From: Antedon mediterranea
Lineage: Eukaryota; Animalia; Echinodermata
NCBI RefSeq assembly: GCF_964355755.1
Contig: NC_092676.1
Span: forward strand, 25,438,871 to 25,502,870
Length of the DNA stretch: 64,000 nt
Direction of reading: 5' to 3'
Of this stretch, positions 25,860-38,500 are shown piece by piece. The notes below the pieces were generated by a model. That model searched no databases. It was not told the origin of the DNA and saw only the letters and a list, made by a program, of their open reading frames with translations. The number at the start of each line of letters is the position of its first letter. Within the stretch, counting starts at the first letter, position 1. A program made the position numbers and the translations under genes.

Positions 25860-26052
25860 CCAAGGCTTTGTGACCTTTCTAGCAGTGGTACTATTCTCCA
25901 GGCATGATGTTGGCCTAAGGGTCTTCTCAAAGGCTTGGTGACCTTTCTAGTAGTGGTACTATGCTCCAGTCATTATGTTGGCCTAAAGGGTCTTCTCGAA
26001 GGCTTGGTGACCTTTCTAGCAGTGGTACTATTCTCCAGGCCATGATCTTAGG
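25860..26052. repeat. ~61-bp tandem repeat, three copies, downstream of RIC3
   Basis: AAGGCTTGGTGACCTTTCTAGCAGTGGTACTATTCTCCAGGCATGAT occurs three times. Confidence 0.8.
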
Positions 26053-26416
26053 CTACAAGTTCTTCTCCTTGTTGTCTTCAGGTTTTGTGCACTTTTCTAA
26101 ACAGCAGCGGAAAAAAAGATAGTGTGGTTATACATTTATTGTTATTACTTTATTACACATACACAGTACATTACAATGAGGTTGAACAAAGTTTTTTGTA
26201 TATTGGATCATTCCATTGCAATATGTATTGTTTGTTTACACCATTATATATTAACAGTGTAATTGTTTCACCTTCAGTAGTATTTATAATTTAGAATTTG
26301 AATATTTTCAAACCAAATTTAGTAAATTATGGAATAATTTTAAAGTTTTAAGATGTTTTTAACTATTTCAAACTTCACGGTTGCATTGTGTGGCACCAAA
26401 GAGAAAACAAGCGTTA

Positions 26417-26550
26417 AGCCCTGTCTACACTATCAAACTAGTTTGACAAAAGAAGTGTGATGTGCCCAAATATGGTAGTAATATAACATCATCATGTCCA
26501 TATATGGGCACATTTTCTTTTCCACATAAAGTTTGATAGTGTAGACAGCT
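26417..26550. mobile_element. Harbinger-type MITE copy
   Basis: AGCCCTGTCTACACTATCAAACT...AGTTTGATAGTGTAGACAGCT. Confidence 0.85.
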
Positions 26551-26884
26551 TTTCACAGATTTGCTGGAAATATGCATGGATATCTCTGTTATGCGTTATT
26601 ACTCTCCGATTCCATGGGATGCAATTGTAGAATCCATAATTAATTAGTAGTTTGAATTTTATGTTTGCCTTGTTTATGGTGTGTGTGTGTGTGCAATAGT
26701 TTAGTGTACTATCATGTGTGCTAATATTAAATTAATTTGAACATTTTCAAGTCAGTGTTTTGATATTTTGTGAATTTGAATTCAAAATACAATGAACTTA
26801 CCTATTAATCCTGAATAGCAAGAGGGAATGGCATTTGACAGTCAGCTAACATAGCTGATGCCTATGGTAGATCCAGAATTACGC

Positions 26885-27064
26885 CAGTGGTGTAACACAG
26901 AGCCTAAGGCCCCTGCTTCAGAATCCCCGATTGGCTCTACAACACTGAAGCTCTTAGATGTTTTCAGCCTTTTTCGACGTATTTCAAAGCCTGTTGTTTC
27001 CTCTGGGCTCTGCTCAGGGGCTCCTGGGTTTAGCGAGTGAGTGCTCATAGCCGTTATGCCACTG
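26885..27064. mobile_element. hAT-type MITE
   Basis: TIRs CAGTGGTGTAAC/GTTATGCCACTG and a near-perfect 8-bp TSD AATTACGC/AATTCCGC. Confidence 0.8.
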
Positions 27065-27448
27065 AATTCCGCAAATAATTTAAATGCTGATAACACGACT
27101 CGGAACAAAACATAAGACTAGATCACAACTGATTTGTTAATAGTGTGTTAATATAATAAGAAAATAACTGTATTTTAAACTTTTTTACTTTAGCGCAAAT
27201 TATTAATACACTCTTTAGTTACTTAGGCACATGATTCCTTAAAATAAAACCCCAAAAATAGAAACCAAACATAAACTACCCTAATACTGTATATTTAATA
27301 ATTTATATGGAATGCTTTACCATTTGAGAAAAGTTCAATAATGAATTACGGAAAGTGTGAAGGCGGTACTGTACAAGTACATTTTTAAACAGTTTCTCGG
27401 AAGACTATCCTTTTATTAGTACCTCCACCATTATTAGATAATTTATTT

Positions 27449-30400
27449 TTAGACTTCACACTTCACTTTTAGTTTCTGTTTTAATTCTGATGGTCTAAAC
27501 ACTCCTTTTTCTGTAATTATACCGCCCGTGATTAAGTCTGCTGGAGTGACGTCAAAAGCGGGATTCCACGCATTGATTCCTGTAAACAAATATAAATGAC
27601 ATTGAAGATGCGCCATCACTCTTTTGCAGTCTCGATAAATTTGGGTCTCTATATGGGTACATTGATAGTTTGATAATGTTGACAGAACTTAACTATACTT
27701 ATCAAACCTTATGAGACAAAAAAAATGCGACGTGCCCATATATGGACACGATGACATCAATACCATATTTGGGCACATCACACTTTTTGTCAAACTAGTG
27801 CTTACCCAATGCTGCAATTTGTTGATCTTTAAAAAAAGTTACTTCAGTGTGAGGGCGCTCTTCAATGACTATTCCATCACCACAAGTGAGAGAAAGGTCA
27901 CATGATGTGCTGGGAGCTGCTACATAAAATGGAATGTTGTGATACTTGGCAGCAATTGCAAGTTGGTACGTTCCGATCTTGTTTGCCGTGTCGCCATTGG
28001 CAACGACCCGGTCTGCCCCTACAACAACAGCTATGAAAAAAATTAATGATTTACTTTTGAGAGAGTTGAGTGTATTAATAAAAGCAATAACATAATGATT
28101 TACTTTAGAGATAGTTAAGTGTATTAATAAAGGCAATAACATATGGCACACCAACTGTGCCTGTAAATAAGTTACAGTTCCCAACATAAATATACTATAC
28201 CAGTTATTTTCTTTTGTTTCATTGCAAATGACACCATACTATCGGTTATTAACGTAGCTGGAATCTTTTCATAGACCAACTCATATGATGTCAGCCTTGA
28301 ACCCTGATTATATGGACGTGTTTCAGTGCAGTAGACATGATCTAGTCGGGAACTTTCATTTAAAGCTCGAATAACACCTTAAAGAAAACAAAAACATGAG
28401 AATTTACATTACTAATAACATTAATATATATGCATCATTGGCAATCTAACCATTGGCATAATAGCTATAAGCGCTTACTGGCTACACCCACAGGGCCCAG
28501 AGCTTTAAAGGCCCCAGAGCATGAGCAGCCCAATGCAACGGCCAAGTGTTCCTAGGAGGGCTAAACCAAGGTCCTTTTCTCACCACTGGATCTATCCATT
28601 GACTTAATGGCTATAAGCGCTTACTGACTAAATCCTGGGAGCCCAGAGTTTAAAAGGCCCCAGAGCATGAGCAGCCCAATGCAACAACCAAGTGTTCCTA
28701 GGAGGGCTAAACCAAGGTCCTTTTCCCACCACTGGATCTATCCACTAACGTATGGCTATAAGCGCTTACTGACTAAACCCAGGGGCCCCAGAGCAGAGCA
28801 GCCCAATTTAACTAACTAGTGTTACTGGGAGGGCTAAACCAAGGGGGCCTTTGCCCCCTGTATTACACCACTAAATACAACTAAGTACAATAGCTACTAA
28901 CCTAGAGCTGTGCCATAACCTGCAGTAGCTAAAGATCCTGTGTTGCAGTGCGTCAAAATACGTGCTGTGGATGACGGTTCTAAGAAATGCTTACAAATAT
29001 GTTCCGCACCATACTTTCCTATATTTCTGTTGTCTACGACATCTTTCTTTAACATATCCTCCGCTTCTTGAATAATTCTAATGAAATAATTTGTTAAATA
29101 AAAGATGAACGTCGGATTTATCTAACTTTAATGATTTGAATATGATTGATTCTAGCCTAGTAGGAATGGGTAACACTGTGGATATTCATCCGCCACAATA
29201 AGTTAGCCTTAGGCTAAAAAAAATGTGTTGTGCCCAAATATGGACACATACATGTCATATTACTAACATTTTTTGGGCATGTTCGATAGTGGAGTCAGAG
29301 CTTTACACACACAAAAGTTATTAGTATAGCAAATTTGAGGCTCTATTGAAAAGGCTCTATCAAAAGTCATTCAATTAAAATCAATTTATTCCATAAAACT
29401 AAGGATATGTACACATATGTCATTAAACATCATGTAGACACTTTTTGTAATGTTTTTGTTTTGAGTTCATGTTGTGCGAAATTGTGCTCCGCCAACAGAG
29501 CAAACAGACAATAAATGATACTTGACTTGACTTGAAAAATCTCCTTCAAAGGCATATACTGTAATTGTAATATGGCTCCTAGCAAAACTATACTGTTTTC
29601 AAAATAAATACTGGGAAAACTAATTGCAATATAAAATGCTGATGTACCTCAATTTCATGGAATCAGCAGTAGTATTTTTGTCTTTCAATAGAGCATTTAC
29701 AATGTTGGTTAATCTGCCGGCAGCCTCGGCCATATTCACAGCCGTTGGTCTTGCCGTCTTCAGGTATTCAAGCTTATCGATGATAAATGCAGCAATTTGT
29801 TTGACCTTTTCAAACGGATTACACTTCTGAAGTTCGACCACAAGTGATAAACATCCCACTATTGCTATTGCTGGTGCACCACGTACCTGAAAAGCGAAAA
29901 AATGTAAAAAAAATAATAAAGACTATTTCAGAATGAGCGTTGTGTGTAAATGGTCATAAGGAATAACATAGACTCATATTTTTATTACTGTTACTGCTCG
30001 AGTACTTGATGAGTAAAGAGACTATTAAAGACACCTTCCCTACAATTTGTGACGTTTTGTAAAAATAATACACGTATATATATTACTTTAAAAACATTAA
30101 ACCAGGTCATTCCTTGTCTTAAATGTACGTTTTATGGTAAATTATGATAAAAAGTGAGAAACAATGCACTACCTAAGTAGCTCGCGGCGACTGACATCTC
30201 GTGGACGGTCTTTAGGCCTAGCCCAGCTAGGCTTACGAACCTCGTACGCTAGCTATATACCTAGCCTGACGTTGTATAGTTGCTGCATTAATTGTCTTTC
30301 TATTTTTGCCAGACTCCGTTACAAATTAGGGAAAATCCGTTTTTTTTTTCGCTGAGGGAGTCTTCCATTTGTTTTGGCCTCACGAACGATCGAATTAATT

Positions 30401-30733
30401 AAAGAAAAACAGAAGAATCAATCCGCGCGCAATGCATTTTTGGATTTATAGGGGGCCGTTATAATTATTAGAATCGACTTATTTTTCACATTTTTAACCA
30501 TTTAAAGACGAAAAAAGTCGAAAGAAAAAATCGCAATAGGACCTATACAGTATTATTTTTACATTAAATATAGTTTGTGATCTTAAATTAGATCTCATTA
30601 CCTTCATTTTTTTTATAGCATCCCAGCCCTCTTCAACGCTCTTAATTTCTTCAAACTCGCTGATAGTTGGAAGCAATAACTGGTTTAATATACTCAGTGT
30701 TCCATTGTTATATCGAATTGCTTCCAAAGACAT
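27449..30733 (-). CDS. MRI1: Methylthioribose-1-phosphate isomerase, 6 coding exons
   Basis: Exons 30602-30733, 29648-29886, 28902-29077, 28201-28377, 27806-28030, 27449-27579. Motifs: [82 protein letters not shown]. Confidence 0.97.
28451..28872. repeat. Three tandem ~150-bp units related to the hAT MITE at 26885, in MRI1 intron 3
   Basis: GCTATAAGCGCTTACTG...CCCAGAGC...GGAGGGCTAAACCAAGG...CACCACTGG is repeated three times. Confidence 0.75.
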
Positions 30734-30794
30734 GGTGCTCTTGCTAAAAAAATAATTTAAAAAAAACATAGTGCAAGTGCATTTGGTAGTCTAA

Positions 30795-30930
30795 AGCTCT
30801 GTCTACACTATCAAAATAGTTTGCGAAGGTGTGATATGCCAAAATATGGTAGTGATAAGACATCATCATGCCCATATATGGGCACATCACATTTTTTTGT
30901 CACACAAAGTTTGATAATGTAGACAGAGTC
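30795..30930. mobile_element. Harbinger-type MITE copy just upstream of the MRI1 ATG exon
   Basis: AGCTCTGTCTACACTATCAAA...TTTGATAATGTAGACAGAG. Confidence 0.85.
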
Positions 30931-32540
30931 TTAGTTTAGTGTCGGGTATAACTGGAGCACAGGTCGTGTACTATGAATATTTCAATCTTTAACTTGTTTC
31001 TGGTAGAAAAAATAATATAAATCTTACAAGCACATGCGTATATTGTATATTGTCGGTTTAGTTCTCATAAATATGTTCGTTACTGTACATGATCGCGTAT
31101 GGTTTTAAAATTAAAATTTAATTTGTAATTAATATCAATTTGTGGTCAATGTAGAAATTAGATTAGATACCCTAAACAGGATATGCTGACAATCAAGGGG
31201 CCCTCGTGATGAGTTATGATAAGTGTCTGTGTGCGATAGTAGCTGTGTCCATGCTGTGTGTATACTAGTATCATCACAATACACTGTTAAGCATTCCGAT
31301 TAAAATTGTTAGTGAAATATAATCGTATAATACTATATACAATCAATTAACTTGCGCATCTTTTTTAGTCTTCGTTGGAACATATACATTATATTTTTTT
31401 TTCTTGATCTTTGGCATCATATCGTACGAGACAACCAAGCCGAAACCTGTACCGAAAACGAGTAAAAAACTAAATAACTTGCCTTTTTTTATTCTCGCGT
31501 TCTCTTCTTAATTGTTTTCGGTAGTATACATGAAACGTAGTATTTGTTTTCTTGATCTTTGGCATATTACACGATCGTATAAACACACCTGCCGAGATGG
31601 TCGCAAAACATACCCAACAAGATCGTTTATGAACCTAAGAAGACATGGGGGCGAATGGTTAGTGCTTTTAAACTTAGTATTTTATATTTATTTTTATCAC
31701 CAGAAATAAGTTGAATCCATTGGAATGTTGCCATTGATTGTGAGACTGTAACGTGTTACACATCACAGTTGACACAAATTGCTGCTCAATTGTATCATTT
31801 ATAAAACGAACAAAATAATATCCAAATAAAAATGACACAATTACAGTCAGTAGTGACAGTACAGTAGTATATGCATATCCTAAAATAGTACCGGATAATA
31901 GAGGCCAGGTATAATAGTAATCCTAAAGGGTCTAAGCCAAGCCTAGTAGAAGCAGAAGGCCTACTATACTAACTACTGTTACTTTACTGTACTACTAGGC
32001 TAGGCCAGGCCTACCACAACACATGATTTCATTGCGACCATAACTTTCATAACACCGGTCCGGTACTACCTACCTAGCGGCCTAGCCCAAGCTATTTTAT
32101 AATACACTACCACACTATCAGAAACAAGTATAAATTGATCTATATTTTTTTCCTCCGTTACAACAATTACCTGTACTTCCTTGTTTGTATTTTAGGCTAC
32201 AATGACACAAATACTAATAAAGTTCATCCACACATGAAAATGTCCACATGTTGAAAATGACACGCTCTGATGATTTCGTATCGCATGCGCACAATCACGA
32301 AGCCGCACGACTTATTTTGCCTCATTTGCATAACTATTCAGGTGGATTTGCATGGGTGGATTTGTATATATCGGTAATGTAGAAGTACTGTACAATTTAT
32401 ACAAACAATATTTTTATAATTTTATTGACATTTTTCTATTTGTAAATAGGCCTACTTCTTTCTATATAATATAATCGTTTGACAATTCATAGCAATTAGG
32501 CCTAATAATATTATATAATTTATTTATTGCTTTTTGAAAT

Positions 32541-35500
32541 TCAATAGTGACTGATGGTTTTATAACTTGCTGAATATCCTTTCGCCGACACATATTCATC
32601 ACTAGAAAGCGCAACTTTAACTTTGTTCGATTTTGAAGTATACTTAAATTCGTCAAATGCCCCACAGTATTTTGGTGACTTAACTTGCGATGGTAATTCA
32701 GTAATCTGTAAGAAAAGTAATAATATATCATTAAAAAACTTTCCCGAGTTCGTAAAGTAAAAATAGATCTGTGGCAGACATACATGATGTCATTTTTATC
32801 AATTATCCTCTTCACAATCATTTATGATAATGAAGCTAATAAAGCTCGTAGTGAACCACGGACCACGAGCCCTTTTCCTTTCTAACAGGCCAGCAGAAAA
32901 GTGATGATAATTAGGCCTAGGTCACTGTCAATCCTACGTTAGCCAGCAGCCAAATTAGGCCCCTAGATCTTCTAGGTAGTCCGGCCTAAAACAATCTTTT
33001 CTTCGATGATTTTTTTGGGTAAAAGAGAACTCCTTCTCGCTAATTCACCTATTTTTTTTTTAATTCGCCTATTCACAAATATACTTACTTGGACGAAATC
33101 ATAACTACAATTTTCCTCATATTCGACTTCAAAACCAGTAAACTTGATTTCTATTACATTTCCATATGGGACAAAGATTGTGGTGATGCATTCCTTATTT
33201 AGATCGTAATATTTTGGATAGTTTGGTGAAGAGAATGAACCACTTTGTGACATCAGAGTCTGGACACATTCAGATGCTAAGCAACACAAAACAAAATAAA
33301 AGTAAAAACTTTATGCTGCTGCACTAATAATGATTAATAGTATTGCAACCCACTGACCACTAAAAGCAATGAGAATAATATACTGAATGTTCAGCCAGGC
33401 TTAGGCCTACTTACAAGTTGGAATGATGTTTTGTATCTGAACACCTTCGTAAGTAGCTTTGAAGCCACCTTTCGTTATGTATTCATCGCTGTGAAAGTCA
33501 ACCTGGCAGATGTTAGTAGTCGACGTCCAATCAAAAGAATTACGATTTCCACAGATGGTTTGCTCTTCTCCGCCTGGAAGACTTAGCAACTGAAAACAAG
33601 CAAAACAAATTATTTTATCAATAATGATGAGGGGCGTAATCCTAACAAAGATCCGCATAAAACAGGCAGTAACGCTCTCTATGCACTCTACGCGCCCTCT
33701 CAAACTTTATGTTATCAAAAATGTGATGTTCCCATATATGTACATGATGACGTCATATCACTACCATATTTTGGCATATCACTACTACATTTGGGAACAT
33801 CACACTTTATTGGCAAGCTAGGTTTACACTAATTCCAAGTCTTTGAATGTTATTCTATTACCTAAAAATACGTTTAATCTGTAAATGGTAGAAAATGTAA
33901 TACAAAAATAGCGAAAAACCGTAATAAGAACAGAGGACAAGCGAGAAGATAAGTACGCCTGCTCAGACCCCTAGATTTTACCTTTACGTAATCATAGCTA
34001 CATTTCTCGTCGTCTTCTAAATCAAACGTTTCAAAACGTATGACACAAACATAATTTTCTGGTAGAGCGATACGAATGCTGCAGTCTAAGTTTAAATCGT
34101 AGTTACGTGGAAAGTTTGGTGTTGAAATAATTCCAGTCTTTTGCGTTAATTCAATATGCGGACAACCTAAGGAATAAACAAACAGTTGATCATTTATTAT
34201 TCTTTGTTGACAATTTGAGATAACAGTGTCCAACATGACGCACAAATAGTGCGGTACAAGCATGAACATTGCAACAACTAACTTTAAGTACTTCCGAAAA
34301 CAAATTTTGACAATGATGAAGGCTTAATAGAAAATTGCAATAACGTTCCCTCATTCTTCTCTGAATATTTTTAAGGACAGAATTCATGACAATACTTTCA
34401 CAATCCAACCTACACCAAATTGGTATTTTAGGATATTGGTTTTGTGGAAGTTGCTTATAGCATTATTGTTAATTTTCTGGTGAAATTGTTTTTTGTATGA
34501 TTTGTAGATGTACTATCCGAAATTAAAAAATGAATGAATGTATAATACAATTTTGGCGTATGGGTGTGCAGGAAATGGGAATTCACATAATGCGTGAAGC
34601 TACGACGTGACTACAATAAATTAACAGGTTTGAGAACGGCATGGTATTTTTTATGAGTAGGACAATTTATCACTTACCAGTGATGATAGGAGCCGATGTA
34701 GGTAGAAGCCACGACTCGTAACGTGCCCGGAAACCAGTACTTGGAGTCATGTTATCCGAATGGAACTTGATTAACAATTTATTGTTTGTCGAATGAATAA
34801 TCAACGGATCGGAATATCTACCACAATATTTTTTGTCGGTACCACCGGCTTCATCAACCACCTACGGAAAGAAATTATTTCAAAAAATGAAAAAATATTC
34901 AAAAACAAGGCCATATAGATGGCTGCAGTCGCGTGCTTAGTGTTTACCGACCGACCGACCAACCTACCAACTGACCGAAATTACTTAAATGTTTAAAAAA
35001 GTTGAAATGTTTAAAAACAGTTATATTTTTTAAACCTGTAGCCTGTCACTTTTGACGTGCTCGTATAACGTAATTTCGAGTTGAAAAGTAAGTCAAGAAA
35101 ACAGAAATCGGGAAAAAAGAGTGCGCAATAACTTTTAACGTGCAGTGCGCGCGCAAAAATCTGCGCACTCATGGCAATTTTGTAAACGCTTAAAATTGCC
35201 TGAAACGTATTCTTATTTCATCGAAAATAAATTTTGGAAAATTTGAAGCGCGCGTACGCATGCGTTACATGCGCTACGCACGTAATTGTATTGCCATATG
35301 ATGATTTATGCCCTGAAATTTATGAGTACCAAATTTTATTTAATTGTGATTCATGGTTGTGAAGATATGATTACAAACGTGATTTCGTTAAATCGTGCGT
35401 AGACCGCGTAATTTTTATTGCGCACCGTGAAAACATAACCACATCGATTCCTGGCCATAAGGATTATACTGTGAAAAATTGACTTAGCTAGATTAAACTG

Positions 35501-38500
35501 ATATCAAGATAAGGTCAGAAAGCGATAAAACGCATAGTGATACCGGACCGACAGACCGACCGACCTAGTGAACTATAGAGTCGCTTCCACGCGACTAAAA
35601 ATGAGGTAAACATATATTCATGTAAAGTATATAACGAGTCTGGAAAGATAAATTATGATTAAAAAGTATAATGTAATCAATAAAAGGAAGTATTATCAAA
35701 ATAAATACTTAAATAAATAATTAAAAGGGAATTCTGAAAAGGGCATTGTGGCGTTACAACACGATAACTAATAGGCCTATATCATTTACATAGGTGTAAC
35801 AAAACATAGCAAACGATACATACCTGTACAAAGTCGTATTTACACGTATCTTGAAATTCCACATTGAATGGATCAAAGTGGAGTACAATCTTGTAAATCT
35901 TTTCAACGGTAATCGTATAAACACAGTCCATGTTCAGTGGATAGTTCAATGGATGATTGGGGGTTGTAAATTCACCTGTTAAACTGGTGAGTTGTTCATC
36001 ACAACCTGTAATATTTAAAATAGTTAATGTTAAAATAATGGAAACCAGCAACGTTTGGACAATATATTGCGGAAACTTTTCTGATAACAAGTAGGTCAAT
36101 ATCACTGTGCGGTTTATTTACATTTATATATATTTACCTGTAGTTATCGGTTGTATACCAGTCTGATCCGTTTGTGTATATGTGATGTAGAAGCCTGGCC
36201 CAACTTTAATGAAATCACTATGGAACGTCAACACAACAACATTGTTTGAAATTCCAATTTGAAGATCATCTTTCTTGCCGCATATTATTTTGTTTTCTTG
36301 AGAGTTTACAGGATTGGTTATCTGTTAATTTAATTTAGATTAGTAAATAATCACAAAGAAGATGAAATAAGCAGAAAGCCAAATATCGTCTGCGCAGCGC
36401 AGAGAGTAATGCGCATTATCTTACCGACAAATAGTCATAATCACAAGCATTCGTATCTGTATTCTTCTCTTCTATGTCAAAGAAATCAAACGATAGGTTG
36501 ATCAGAAAGCCCTCAGCAACATTGATCGTGTAGACGCACGTGATGTCATTCGGGTACGAGGAAGGAAACCATGGAGAAGACACGTGACCCGATATGCCAT
36601 CAAAATTTTGTACACAAGCTGAAAAAAAATCACTTTTCTATCAGCAAGAAAAAGAATGAATTACAGATTGTGTAGGCACGTGTACATTATCGCAATCACT
36701 AGGCCTAAATACCATTTCGTAGTTAGGATACACCGACGCTAGAAATCATCGTTGAAGCTTGGTTCCCACTAGAACGTAACGCAAGGACGTAAACGCAACG
36801 CAAGCGTTTTAACCAATGACAAGCGAAGTTATAGACAGTTAGCAATCACAAGCGAATAAGCCATCGCTTGTGATTGGTCAATTCACTTGCGTTGCGTTAC
36901 GTCCTTGTGTTGCGTCGCTAGTGGGAACCACGCTTTTCAGAAAGGACATTATGTTTTTATGTGATTGCATTTACCTGAAGATTTGTCCACATTCTTCACT
37001 TCATAAGTGGCCAAAAATCCAGAGAACTTGTAATGATCATTGCTGGAGAACTTGCCAAACACAAGGTTACTATCGGATTCCCAAGTAATTGGTGCGTTTT
37101 GCTTAAAACCACAGAACGCCTTTTCTTTTCCAGATGTAACATCAATCAGCTGTAAAAGGAAAATGGCAAATTTGAAGATATTCTGGGTAATTATGAGAAG
37201 GATTTTAACGAATTTGGCACTCAACATCTTCAATTACTTGGACCATCAAACCATACTTACAGTGATAAAGTCGTTCGCGCAGTCAACATGGTCTTCGATA
37301 TCAAGATGCAAGAATTTGAAATGGATTTTTTTGCCTGGAGCAGCCTGGAAGCGATACTGACAAACGACATTATTGTCGTATTGGTAAGGATAGCCAGGCG
37401 ACATAAAGTTACCCACATCTGCTGTAAACAAACCTTCACAACCTGAAAGAAAAGTTTGTGACTCAAGTAATTATTGCTGTTTCTACAAAGGGCAAACCTT
37501 CAGGAAATCCAGCCTACGGAAGAACAATTTGTCTCCAAGTTAGACGATGATTACCAACGAATTACATACTAGTTTGACACCCAATAATAGAAAATTGTGT
37601 GGATAATATTTATTTCGCGCATGTTATCTTCAATAGGTCTTCCTCTTTCAACTTACTTTGATCAGATAAATGGGGTTGGAAGTGATACTTAGCAAAAAAT
37701 CCGGTTTTCACAGTGTGAGAGTCGGATAGAAACTTGACAAGAACTTCGTTTCCTGTCGACACCCATGCAAACGGACTTTTAGTTCCACAGAATACAACAG
37801 GATCCGTCTGTATATCGTACAACTGAAAAATAGAATCACAAGAATGTTTTGTTTTGCCATTTGAGGGAGATATTTTCTCAGTTTACGCAAGATACCATTC
37901 AAGTCTATAACAATCGATAGAGTACAATTGGTATAGCCTATGAGGTCACTTGGCATAATTAGACCAAGGCAATCTAACCGGATCCCGAGACTCCGTAAAG
38001 GGTTTATCTGTGGCTGCGATACGATCAGTTCTACGCCTTTTAACAGACTGGGTAGAATCTGTACATTACGGTTTGTATTTGTCGCAGCCAGACATAAGAT
38101 AAGGACTGTTACGAGTTCCCATCTTGGCAAGGCGAGCTCAGTGTCCTGATTGCCTTGATTAGACCTACCTCGATGCACAATACTATGAATATGATATCTA
38201 ACTCACTTCTACAAAATCATGCTCGCATTTTATTTCCGTGGTGGTGACCGTTTCGTCCTCTAGGCTGAATTTGCTGAATGTGATGACGATAATGTAGCTA
38301 GGTGGTGCGTGGATCAAGTATTCTTCATAGTTGCGGTTATTTGGATATTTTGTCGGGTAATCTGGACTTGTAAAACTTCCGCTTTCATCACTTCAATAAA
38401 TAATTTAAAAAAAAAGGAAATTAAGATTCGGCCTAAATCAAAAGTACTCTTGATATCATGCTAATTAGCGAGGGTGGAACCCCATTCCTAACTAGCTTCT

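Noticed and set aside
26842-27108. 88-aa ORF or structured RNA such as RNase P/MRP
   Set aside because: The GC-richer segment is bounded by TIRs and an 8-bp TSD (hAT MITE), and I found no RNase P/MRP conserved boxes.
32462-32821. 119-aa ORF at the CUB gene 3' end
   Set aside because: Wrong frame; the spliced frame from 32705 gives the CUB12 second half (KYCGAF...SSDEYVSAKGYSASY) ending at 32541.
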